From contig JAYQLI010000017.1 of assembly GCA_038143065.1 (NCBI GenBank), positions 1 to 33,572 on the forward strand: DNA of 33,572 nucleotides, read 5' to 3'. Below the pieces are notes generated by a model. The model made no database searches. It was not told the DNA's origin and was given only the letters and a program-made list of their open reading frames with translations. This document shows positions 11,755 through 21,712 of the stretch, one piece after another. The DNA comes from Rhodospirillales bacterium (lineage in GTDB: Bacteria > Pseudomonadota > Alphaproteobacteria > Bin95). The translations under genes and the position numbers were made by a program. The stretch's first letter is position 1. Every line of letters starts with the position of its first letter.

Positions 11755-12777
11755 ATGTCTTATTTGAATAAGGTGGCCGGGGTTGCAGTTGCGGCAGGCG
11801 TCGCACTGGGCGGCATGGCCACATCAGTGCTGGCTGCATCCATTGTTTCTTTTAACGGACCCGCAGGGGAGGCTTATGTTGGCCGTTTCATTAAAGGAAT
11901 TAAAGAAACCGCAGCCTTAAAAGGCTTCGATATTAAAGTTTATGAAAACCAATACAACCAAGCCGAACAGGATCAACAAGTGCAACAGGTTTTGGCGACG
12001 GGCCAATTGCCTGATGTGTTCATCTGGTGGCCTTCTGATGCAGTCGCAGGTTTGGGTTCGCTGCGCGCCTTGGCCAAAACTGGCGTACCTGTTTTGAAAA
12101 TAAACCAGCTGCCAAACGAGCAGGACAAGCAATATATTTTTGGATATGCAGGTCCAGATGATCGTTTGCGCGCGCAATGCCGGTTATATGATGCGTGAAG
12201 CAGCGGCAGCGAAAAAAGCAGCGGGTGGGACAGGCTTCAATGTTCTTGCCTTGTCATACCCCCATTCTTATGGCGGTTATGGACTGTCTATCAATGCCTT
12301 CAAAGAAGCCATCGCTGGCTCAGATTTGAAAATCATTGGCGATGTGGATGAAGGCTTTGGTCAAGCAAATGGCTATAAAGGCGCGGCGAAAATGATCGCG
12401 GCTTTGCAAGGGCAAAGTATTGATTTCGTTTATGGAATGGATGATGCGATCTTGACAGGCGGTATCAAGGCTTTGGAAGAAGCTGGCATGGTCATGGGCG
12501 AAGATGTGATTGCTGTTGGAACGGTCTGTAATGGTGACAAACAGCTGATTGAAGAAGGGAAGCAGTTTGGAACAACGCTGCAATCTCCGCTTCATGAAGG
12601 ACAATTGGCTATCAAAATGGTAGAAGAATACCTGAACACAGGTAAACTGGCCAATTACATTAATTTCACGCCAAACCCTCAGTGACTAAAGATACGATCG
12701 AAACCACGGCGCTACGTGGTTATGATGGTAAACTCTATACAATCGAAGAGCTATGCTCGGGCGCTTGGGCAGACTAA
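11755..12777 (+). CDS. Sugar ABC transporter periplasmic binding protein (frameshifted)
   Basis: Signal peptide MSYLNKVAG...VLAA, GVPVLKIN, YGMDD, TTLQSP; ORFs 11692..12198 and 12140..12685 plus tail to TAA 12777; GGGAGG RBS. Confidence 0.8.
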
Positions 12778-12791
12778 CGGCCCCAAAACAG

Positions 12792-12822
12792 TATCTCTGC
12801 CGGCAAAAATCCGGCAGAGATA
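12792..12822 (+). terminator. Intercistronic stem-loop after binding-protein gene
   Basis: tatctctgccgg-caaaaat-ccggcagagata, 12-bp perfect stem. Confidence 0.65.
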
Positions 12823-12845
12823 TCCATTTTGAACGGAATAAATAA

Positions 12846-14365
12846 ATGACCGAATTGTTGAAATTATCCGGTGTTTCACGCTCATTTGGCGCAATTCACG
12901 CCTTAAAGGCCGTTGATTTCGAAATCGAAGCCGGCGAAATAATGGGTTTGGTTGGAGAAAACGGGGCTGGCAAATCAACTTTGGTAAAAATTATCAGTGG
13001 ATTTGACGATGGATATACTGGTGATTTCGTCCTGAACGGGAAAAGCCAACGATTTTCAAGCCCTCTTAAAGCTGAGCGGGCGGGTGTCGCCATCGCACAA
13101 CAAGAGCTGAGCTTGATACCGGCAATGAGCGTGGCTGAAAACGTTTTTATTTCTGGTGAGCACGCTCCGGTTTTTGCCACAAAAAGCAGTTTGGCGCGCA
13201 AAGCAAGCCCGTTTCTAAAAGAGGTTGGGCTTGAAGACGTAGATCCTTATATTCCTGTCGAACGCTTGTCTGTTGTATAACAACAATTGGTTGAAGTGGC
13301 GCTACTGCTTGCGAAACAGCCGCATATTTTAATCATAGATGAACCAACGGCGGCGTTGGGAGAAAGCGACTCTATTCGCATTCTTGCAATGGTTCAGCGG
13401 TTGGCCCAACGCGGTAAGTCGATTATTTACGTCAGCCACCGCATGGATGAAATCTTCAAAATTTGTGATCGGATTACCGTCTTGCGCGACGGTCAAAGCC
13501 AAGAAGCCCGGACTGCAAAAGAGCTTGATGTGTCCTCCTTGGTGGAATTGATGTTGGGCCGAGAGCTTGCAAACATGTTTCCTGCCCACCCCGAAATTCT
13601 GCGCACAAAACCTCTGTTAGAGGTTTGCGATGTTTGGCCCGATGGGACTTTAGAGCCGTTTAACTTTGCCGTATATCCTGGCGAAATCTTGGGCTTGGCA
13701 GGGCAGCTTGGATCTGGGTCAGGCGATGTTTTAGCCGCGATCTCAGGCGCGCGACAATCGCGCAGCGGGCACATTATTTATAACGGCGAAAGTTTTCTGC
13801 CCAAATCGCCAAAAGAGGCAATCGCCCGTGGTATCGCATATTGCTCGGATGATCGAAAACTAGATGGTTTATTTCTTGGACGTCCGATAATAGAAAACCT
13901 GACCTCGCCCGCTTTGGGGGCGATTTCAAATCGCGGCATAATTGACTTGATAGCCGAACGCGATCTTGCTCTATCAAATGGTACAAAATTTACAGTAGAT
14001 GTGACCCGGCTTGATAATGAAGCAGGCGTTCTATCGGGGGAAATCAACAAAAAGTCGCATTGGGAAAATGGCTGGCAATCGAGCCTAAAATTATCTTGGT
14101 GAATGAGCCGACACGCGGCGTGGATGTTGGTGCGCGCGCCGAGATTTATGCAAAGCTGCGCGATTTAGCAAATGATGGTGCCGCGGTTGTTTTCGCGTCT
14201 ACGGATATTCAAGAGGTTACCGGTCTGGCAGATCGAGTGATTAGTTTTTATCGTGGGATGCAGGTGGGTGAATTGGCGTTAAGCGACATCACACCCACCA
14301 ATGTTTTGCAACAAATAACCCATCCTTTTGGGGATGAAGACAAACAGATAAAGGTGGTGTCCTAA
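12846..14365 (+). CDS. Sugar ABC transporter ATPase, two-domain RbsA-like (in-frame TAA at 13278..13280, frameshift ~14040)
   Basis: GENGAGKST, IIDEPT, YVSHRM, DRKLDGL, NEPTRGVDVGAR. Confidence 0.88.
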
Positions 14366-15373
14366 TGCGCAGCACTTCTCGTGGTATGACCGCAAAGCTT
14401 GAGGGTTTGGTTCAGAATTATTCTGGGTTGGTGGTCTCTCTGGTGGCGCTTTTTTTGGTCATTTTCGTTGTTGGAATGGCAACAGCGCCAAACTTTTTGA
14501 CTGTTTTTAACCTTAAAACAATCGTGAGAGATGCCGCTTTGGTGGGCATCATGGCGATTGGGTTGACCTTTGTAACCCTATCGGGGAATTTCTTCCTGTT
14601 GTCGTTAAAAGAAACCGCTGCGCTTAGCATCATTGCTTTTGCAACTTCGATGTCGGCAGGCTACGGCTTTGAGATTTCCTTTTTGTTTACAATGGTCATT
14701 GCGATCCTGACAGGCAGCGCGCAGGGCGTGCTAATCGGTCTTGGCGGAAATCCGATTGTTGTAACGCTTGGAGCCGCTGGATTGCTATATGGTCTTGGCG
14801 CCTATTGGAGCGACAATCTGGTAGTGTCTTTTCGCCGACCGCACGGGGCAGAATGGCTTGGTACAGGATCTTTCTTGGGCCTTCCCAATATAACCATTGC
14901 CTTTATTCTCATAGCGCTTGTAGCCGAGTTAACCTTACGGTTCACAAATTTTGGTCGGCAGGTGTATTTGATTGGTGCTAACCGCGCGGCGGGTCGTGCA
15001 ACGGGGCATGAAAATTTTGCTATGGCTATTAAAACTTGTACGATTGCATCAGTCTGCGCGGCTTTTGTGGCTATCGCATTTTCGGCGCAAGTCTCAAGCG
15101 CTCAAGTGAATTACTTTTCATCTGAATTTGGGTCGAGCGGGGATATGACGATTATGGTGATCGCGACGGTCATGGTGGGGGGAATTCCATTATGGGGGGT
15201 ATGGATCAACAATTCGTTCGAGTTTGGGGGCAGTTTTCATCTCTTCTGTGGATAATATGATGGTGCTGCACGGGTTTAATTCCGGTCCAAGGGTGTTGGC
15301 GGTTGGATTGATGATTGTTTTTTCAATTATGGTGTTTGCGCTTGTGCGTCGTGGCAGCCGGTCGCAAGAATAG
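14365..15373 (+). CDS. Sugar ABC transporter permease (frameshift ~15195)
   Basis: Hydrophobic, NPIVVTLG, TNFGRQVYLIGAN, IATVMVGG. Confidence 0.82.
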
Positions 15374-15382
15374 GATAGGCTT

Positions 15383-16419
15383 ATGAAAAATATTAAACAT
15401 TGGATCGTTAAAAATCCTGATTTGGCGTTTGCGGTCTTATTGGCGATTTGTGTCTATTCTTATTTCGCGTTGACGAATGAATTCTTCGCCACGCACCGAA
15501 CCGGCTATGCTATTATGGAACGGTTCGCGGTATTGGGCCTTGTGGGGCTGGCGCTGACATTGTGCATTATCGCTGGTGAAATTGATTTGTCGATTGGGTC
15601 TAACGCGGCCTTGGCTGCGGTTATTGTAGTGCGTTTTACAGATAGTTTAGGGGCGGTTACCGCCCTGTTGATTGCTATTCTTATCTCTACGCTTGTGGGC
15701 GCGATACAGGGCTATTTTATTGCATATTTGCGGGTAAGGGCGATCGTTCTGACGGTTGGAACCTTAATGTTATTGCGCGGGTGGCGTTATTTGCGGCGCA
15801 AGAGAAGACAGTGATGTTGACTGATTTTCGCGTGCCCGACTTTATCTCCACCAAAATGTTCGTTTATTTTTCACCTGCCAGTTTTTTGGTGATTGTGATG
15901 TTTATTGTTGTTGGTTTGTTTATGACCTTTACCCGGTATGGCCGCGAGATTTATGCGATTGGCGGGGCGCGCAAAGAGGCTATCGCTGCGGGGATTTATT
16001 TGAAACGCCCAATGATCATTGTATTTGCTATTTCCGGGTTATGCGCTGGCTTGGGAGGGTGCATTATTGGTTTGCGCTCGGGCACGGCTCAGGCCTTGGG
16101 TTTGCAATATCTTTTGCTGGCCGGCACAGTTGCTGCTTTTATTGGCGGTGTATCGATTCTTGGCGGCAAAGGCGGCGTTGTCGGGGCTGCGATTGGAACG
16201 TTAACGGTCAATTTCTTAAATACAGGATTGGTTTTCAACGTCACGCCGGCTTTTATGATCCAGCTTTATTTAGGCATTTTATTGATGGTAGTGATTATGT
16301 TCCAAACTGGTAGTCGGTTGTTTGAAGGATATGAGAGGCGCAAGCAATTGCTCTCTGACGTTGATATTCGCCGATTGGATTTACTCGTGCGCAAAAACGC
16401 ATTTAAGCCCCCGCCATAA
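15383..16419 (+). CDS. Sugar ABC transporter permease (frameshift ~15780)
   Basis: GEIDLSIG, TRYGREIYAIGG, AAFIGGVS. Confidence 0.85.
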
Positions 16420-16423
16420 ATAT

Positions 16424-16447
16424 CCAAATTGGATTAATCCAATTTGG
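16424..16447. promoter_or_regulatory. Perfect 24-bp palindrome, candidate double operator
   Basis: CCAAATTGGATT|AATCCAATTTGG directly upstream of the wHTH-SBP gene. Confidence 0.65.
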
Positions 16448-16502
16448 TAATTATACATGGTATCCTACAGACTGGCTGTAAATGGAAATCTGAGGGTGCG
16501 CC

Positions 16503-18311
16503 ATGCCATCATCCAAATCGAATATTCGCCGCATAACATATCCGCGAAGTCGGCATCGCGACGCGCCGGAAGGGCCGTATGAAACAACAGATATCCGACC
16601 AAAATCTGGCGTTGCAAACGCAGAATTGGAAAGCTTTCTTGATTTTGTCGAGCAATTTGACATGGAAATGGAACGCTCATTGTCTATCAAGAAAGGCTAT
16701 AGCGAAACACGCATTCTCGGAACGCTTCTACGGGATCATCTCTCGGGTAAAACATCTACGACCTCGTCTTTAATCGGCGCCTCTGGAATGAGTTATGGCA
16801 CGGCCATTCGCGCGGTTGAGGCAATTGAGAACCGGGGGCTTTTGCTGCGCCGACCGCGCACATCCAGCGGTAAATCATTTTCGTTGCATCCGACTGAAAA
16901 ACTGTTGAGTGAATGGCAAGAATTTGCCAGACGGGCGCGGGCGGCTTTGCAAAGTACCTGGGGACTTACGGGTTCAAAAGATGCGTCCGATTATTATTTT
17001 GGAGCCTCTTATTCCACTGGAAAAGTTTTACCCCCGCCTTCGATAATGAGCGTCAAGCTTCCGCTCAGCGGAAACCTTAGATTATTGGAACATGCCGATC
17101 CGACGTTCATGGCGATGCAGGCCTTGAAGCGTCAATTTGAAAAAATCTTCGGTTTGTCTATCAAAAGCCGCGCCTTGTCGATTGACCGCTTGCGCGAGGA
17201 AATACTAGAAAATGCCAGCCTTGCCAAATCAAGATATGATATTGTTGCCTGCGATTTGCCTTGGTTCGGTGAAATGGCACAAGCGGGCTATTTTCTTCCG
17301 TTGGATTCATTTATTAAAGCCGAGCGATTTGACACCCATGACTTTCACCTCAAAGCTTTGGCCAGCGCCCGCTATAAGGGGGTGCAATATGGTTTGCCAG
17401 TTCAAACAACGCCTGAACTCTTGGTCTATCGCAGCGATGTGTTTGCCGAGTTTGGTTTAACCCCGCCTCTAACAATTGCCGATACGCTTTCTGCGGCCAA
17501 AACAATCCATTCGCCATTCAAGGGGATGACGGGAATGGCTTGGAATGCCGGACGCGGCACACCTTTGGGCCATTCATTTTTATTCGTCATGGCCGCCTTT
17601 GGACAACCTGTTTTAAATTTATCGCCTTCTGCAGATGGGTTTGACGGAGAGCATGTGGAAGGAGAGAATTTCCGTCCCATGTTTGATTCCGACGCGGCGT
17701 GGGAGGCGGCGGAGTATTTCAAAGAACTCATCGATTATTCGCCGCGTGGCATTTTAAACATGTCTTGGTTTGACCGCGCGGTTTCATATGCTGAAGGCAA
17801 TTGCGCCATGGCGCATTGCGCGACTTTGCTCGCACCATTATTTGAACTGGATAAAACATCCCCCGCGTTTGAAAAAACAGAATATCTACCGCTTCCGGCA
17901 GGTCCAAAGGGACGGTCTATTGCGCCAATCGGAGGATACGCGCTGGCCATTCCTGCGAATGTTGACCCAGCGCGGTTTGATCCAATTTGGACGGCTTTGA
18001 CGTCGCTAACATCAGCACAAACCGTCAAACTTTATATAGAGAATGGAAGTTTGGTAAGCCCGCGGTTTAGTGTCAGTCAGGACCCTGAAGTTCAAAAGAT
18101 CTCACCGCTGATTTCGATTGTGGATGAGATGGCGCGAACTGGGGTTTTGCAAATGTGGCCACGCCCGCCAGTGCCTGAAATTACGCGCTTAATTGCGATG
18201 ATAGGAGAAGAAATGCATGATGCTTTGCTGGGAGACAAAACGCTTGCGACGGCGCTACAAAATTCACAAAACCGTGCCGATCGCCTCATGCGCGAAAACG
18301 GGCATTACTGA
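16503..18311 (+). CDS. Winged-helix + family-1 solute-binding domain fusion protein, putative regulator
   Basis: N-terminal TTSSLIGASGMSYGTAIRAVEAIENRGLLLRR wHTH-like segment; C-terminal sugar SBP motifs (YDIV..DLPW, LPLD, YGLP, LVYRSDVF, GGYALAIP); no signal peptide. Confidence 0.85.
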   Translation: MPSSKSNIRRITYPRSRHRDAPEGPYETTDIRPKSGVANAELESFLDFVEQFDMEMERSLSIKKGYSETRILGTLLRDHLSGKTSTTSSLIGASGMSYGTAIRAVEAIENRGLLLRRPRTSSGKSFSLHPTEKLLSEWQEFARRARAALQSTWGLTGSKDASDYYFGASYSTGKVLPPPSIMSVKLPLSGNLRLLEHADPTFMAMQALKRQFEKIFGLSIKSRALSIDRLREEILENASLAKSRYDIVACDLPWFGEMAQAGYFLPLDSFIKAERFDTHDFHLKALASARYKGVQYGLPVQTTPELLVYRSDVFAEFGLTPPLTIADTLSAAKTIHSPFKGMTGMAWNAGRGTPLGHSFLFVMAAFGQPVLNLSPSADGFDGEHVEGENFRPMFDSDAAWEAAEYFKELIDYSPRGILNMSWFDRAVSYAEGNCAMAHCATLLAPLFELDKTSPAFEKTEYLPLPAGPKGRSIAPIGGYALAIPANVDPARFDPIWTALTSLTSAQTVKLYIENGSLVSPRFSVSQDPEVQKISPLISIVDEMARTGVLQMWPRPPVPEITRLIAMIGEEMHDALLGDKTLATALQNSQNRADRLMRENGHY

Positions 18312-18353
18312 TCCCATGAAAATCCAAATTCGAGCTGCTCGAGGAGATATAAA

Positions 18354-19658
18354 ATGACCACGCCCAATGCCTTACATCCTAACGTGTTAACGCCAGCTGA
18401 TCTTGAACCAAATTGGCGCTGGGAGGGTCGTTTACCAGCCTGGGGGCACACATCGGTTGATTTTGAGCGGCGCGTTGATCATGATCGGTTGCGTCGCTAC
18501 CGCCTAAGTCGCACGCGCCAAGCTTTGAAAGCCTCGAATGCAGGCACGCTATTACTCTTTGACGTGAACAATATCCGCTATGTTTCGGCGACTAAAATCG
18601 GCGAATGGGAGCGCGATAAAATGTGCCGTTTTTGCCTCTTAACAGGTGATGATAGCCCATATGTGTGGGATTTTGGGTCTGCTGCAGTGCATCACCAAAA
18701 ATATTCTGATTGGTTGGAGCCAGATCATTGTTTGGCCGGTGTGGTCGGTATGCGGGGGACGATTCCGCCCGAGTTTGGGTTGATGAGGAAATACGCTAAG
18801 CAAATCGCTGGATTGATCAAAGATGCAGGTATGGCTGATATGCCTGTTGGGGTCGATTATGCGGAAACGGCTATGTTTCACGCGCTTCAAGAAGAAGGCA
18901 TTAATGTGATTGATGGCCAACAGATCATGCTGGCCGCGCGTGAGATCAAGAATTGGGATGAAATTCAACTTCTCACCCAAGCTGCGAGCATGGTGGATGG
19001 TGTTTATCATATGATCTATGAGGAACTGAAACCCGGTGTTCGTGAAAATGACATCGTCGCCTTGTCAAATAAAATGCTTTATGAAATGGGCTCTGATGAT
19101 GTTGAGGCAATCAATGCCATCTCAGGAGAGCGGTGTAACCCGCATCCTCATAATTTCACAGACCGACTGATCCGTCCTGGCGATCAGGCATTTTTCGATA
19201 TTTTGCAAAGTTATCAGGGATATCGCACTTGTTATTACAGAACCTTCAATGTTGGACGAGCAACGCCGTCTCAAAACGATGCTTATATCAAGGCGCGTGA
19301 ATGGCTCGAGGCGTCGATCCAAATGATCAAGCCGGGCGTGAGTACAGATAAAGTGGCCGAGGTTTGGCCAACGGCGGAAAGCTTGGGATTTCCAAATGAA
19401 GACGCGGCTTTTGGGTTACAATTTGGCCATGGTCTTGGTCTGGCCTTGCATGAGCGCCCTATTATCAGCAGGGCGGTCAGTATTGATCATCCAATGGAAA
19501 TAAAAACAGGCATGGTGTTTGCGCTTGAAACCTATTGTCCTGCCACTGACGGCTATTCAGCCGCACGTATCGAAGAAGAGGTCGTGGTGACGGATACGGG
19601 CTGCGAAGTGATTAGTTTATTTCCCGCCGAAGAGCTGCCGATTGCCAACCGCTATTAA
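18354..19658 (+). CDS. M24 (Xaa-Pro peptidase/creatinase fold) enzyme
   Basis: LLFDVNNIRY, AREIKNWDEI, GHGLGLALHERP, GMVFALET, RIEEEVVVT. Confidence 0.88.
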   Translation: MTTPNALHPNVLTPADLEPNWRWEGRLPAWGHTSVDFERRVDHDRLRRYRLSRTRQALKASNAGTLLLFDVNNIRYVSATKIGEWERDKMCRFCLLTGDDSPYVWDFGSAAVHHQKYSDWLEPDHCLAGVVGMRGTIPPEFGLMRKYAKQIAGLIKDAGMADMPVGVDYAETAMFHALQEEGINVIDGQQIMLAAREIKNWDEIQLLTQAASMVDGVYHMIYEELKPGVRENDIVALSNKMLYEMGSDDVEAINAISGERCNPHPHNFTDRLIRPGDQAFFDILQSYQGYRTCYYRTFNVGRATPSQNDAYIKAREWLEASIQMIKPGVSTDKVAEVWPTAESLGFPNEDAAFGLQFGHGLGLALHERPIISRAVSIDHPMEIKTGMVFALETYCPATDGYSAARIEEEVVVTDTGCEVISLFPAEELPIANRY

Positions 19659-19716
19659 ACAATTTTGGGTGTGGCGTAGTTTGCACAAGCAGTTCAAATC
19701 ATGAGTATGGAATATA

Positions 19717-20724
19717 ATGCCTAAAAAAAACCAAACAAATTCTGCGGAATATATGCGAATGTATATGCAGATGATGCGTATTCGGGCTTTCGAAGATAAC
19801 GCAAATCAATTATATCTATCTGCCAAAATGCCAGGTCTTACGCATATGTATTCAGGGCAAGAAGCGGTAGCTGTTGGGATCTGTGAAGCGTTAACGACCA
19901 GCGATAAGATCACGTCAACCCATCGTGGTCACGGCCATTGCCTGGCCAAAGGCGCGGATCTGAAGCTGATGTTTTGTGAACTTCTGGGCAAAGAAGAGGG
20001 CTATTGCCGTGGCAAAGGCGGATCGATGCATATTGCCGATCAATCAAATGGCAACTTAGGAGCAAATGCTATTGTGGGGGGCTCAATGGGTATCGCGACA
20101 GGGGCTGCCTTGTCGGCTAAGCGCTTAGGAACCTCTGATATTGTGGTTTGCTTTTTCGGCGATGGGGCTACGGCGCAAGGCTTGATGTATGAGGTTATGA
20201 ATATGGCCGCGCTGTGGAAGCTTCCGGTGATTTATGCCTGCGAAAACAATCTCTATGGCGAATACACCAAGGTTGAAGAAACGCTGGCTGGCGATATCAC
20301 TGCGCGCGCAGAGGCTTTCGGAATTGAGGCCTTGCAGGTGGATGGGCAAGACGTATTGGCGGTGAATGAGTGCACGCAGCGCCTGGCTGAACGCTGCCGG
20401 AAAGGCGAGGGCCCATTTTTTATGGAACTGCTGACCTATCGCTATCATGGGCATCATGTTGGCGATATTAACCGAGAATATTACCGTTCAAAGGAAGAAG
20501 AAGCCGAGTGGAAAAACAACCGTGACCCGATCAAAAATTTTGGGGCCTGGTTAACGTCGCAAGGAATTGCTTCTGAAGACGAGTTAAACGCCTTGCAATC
20601 GGAGATTAAAACCGAGGCTTCAGAGGCGGTGGAATATGCTTTGAACGCTGCTTATCCCAGCGAAACAGAGGTGGGTTTGCATGTTTTTGCAGCCACGCCG
20701 CAGATGGGAGAAGAGCATGCGTGA
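19717..20724 (+). CDS. TPP-dependent dehydrogenase E1 alpha subunit (AcoA/PdhA-like)
   Basis: GQEA, STHRGHGH, GKGGSMH, GDGA...ENN, TYRYHGH. Confidence 0.92.
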   Translation: MPKKNQTNSAEYMRMYMQMMRIRAFEDNANQLYLSAKMPGLTHMYSGQEAVAVGICEALTTSDKITSTHRGHGHCLAKGADLKLMFCELLGKEEGYCRGKGGSMHIADQSNGNLGANAIVGGSMGIATGAALSAKRLGTSDIVVCFFGDGATAQGLMYEVMNMAALWKLPVIYACENNLYGEYTKVEETLAGDITARAEAFGIEALQVDGQDVLAVNECTQRLAERCRKGEGPFFMELLTYRYHGHHVGDINREYYRSKEEEAEWKNNRDPIKNFGAWLTSQGIASEDELNALQSEIKTEASEAVEYALNAAYPSETEVGLHVFAATPQMGEEHA

Positions 20725-21712
20725 AATCACTCTTTCTAAGGCTGTTAATGAAGCGATTGCCGAAGAGATGCGGCGCGATGAAACAATTTTTTTGCTTGGG
20801 GAAGACGTTGCTGAAGCGGGCACTCCGTTCAAAATACTTTCTGGTCTTGTCGAAGAATTTGGAACGGATCGCATTGTTGATACTCCGATTGCTGAGCCCG
20901 GGTTTATGGGCATAGCGGTCGGTGCTGCGATGACGGGCAGCAGGCCAATCGTAGATTTGATGTTCGGCGATTTTCTATTTTTAATCATGGACCAATTATG
21001 CAACCAAGCGGCAAAAACCCATTATATGTCGGGGGGCAAGCTCAATGTACCATTGGTGCTACGCACCAATTTGGGCGCCACCCGTCGGTCTGCCGCGCAG
21101 CATAGTCAATCTTTGCATGCTTTGGTGGCGCACATTCCTGGTTTGAAAGTGGCTCTTCCGTCATCAGCCTATGAGGCGAAAGGGCTTTTGAAAACCGCTA
21201 TTCGCGACAATAATCCAGTGGTAATTTTTGAAGATAAGCTCATGTATAATGATAAGGCGCCGGTGCCAGAGGAAGAGTTTCTTATTCCGTTTGGGGTGGC
21301 AAATATAAAGCGAGTGGGCACTGATATCACCCTGATCGCAACCTCATCGATGGTTCAAGTCGCCGAACAAGCCGCTGATATATTGGCAGAACAGGACATC
21401 AGTGCCGAGGTGATTGATCCGCGCACGATCGTACCCCTTGATGAAGAAACCTTGATCGCTTCGGTGAAAAAAACCAGCCGAGCAATCGTGATAGATGAAG
21501 GCCATCAGAGCTATGGAATTACCGGAGAAATTGCCAGCCGACTGACCGAAAAGGCATTCTATCATTTAGATGCTCCAGTCATGCGGATGGGGGCAATGGA
21601 TGTGCCGGTGCCGTTTTCTCCAGTGCTTGAGGATTTGACGGTTCCAACCCCTGCCGGCGTGGCTGAGATGGCAAGAAAACTATTCTCAGGCGAGTTGATC
21701 CATGCCGCATGA
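20717..21712 (+). CDS. TPP-dependent dehydrogenase E1 beta subunit (AcoB/PdhB-like)
   Basis: GEDV, DTPIAE, AAQHSQS, IPGLKV, EVIDPRT. Confidence 0.92.
   Translation: MREITLSKAVNEAIAEEMRRDETIFLLGEDVAEAGTPFKILSGLVEEFGTDRIVDTPIAEPGFMGIAVGAAMTGSRPIVDLMFGDFLFLIMDQLCNQAAKTHYMSGGKLNVPLVLRTNLGATRRSAAQHSQSLHALVAHIPGLKVALPSSAYEAKGLLKTAIRDNNPVVIFEDKLMYNDKAPVPEEEFLIPFGVANIKRVGTDITLIATSSMVQVAEQAADILAEQDISAEVIDPRTIVPLDEETLIASVKKTSRAIVIDEGHQSYGITGEIASRLTEKAFYHLDAPVMRMGAMDVPVPFSPVLEDLTVPTPAGVAEMARKLFSGELIHAA

Noticed and set aside
18354-19658. Calling the M24 protein dddP or doeA
   Set aside because: Only fold-level resemblance; ligand substitution and context differ
19717-21712. Calling E1 genes pdhAB or acoAB
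   Set aside because: Substrate cannot be determined; accessory context, atypical E2 and no E3
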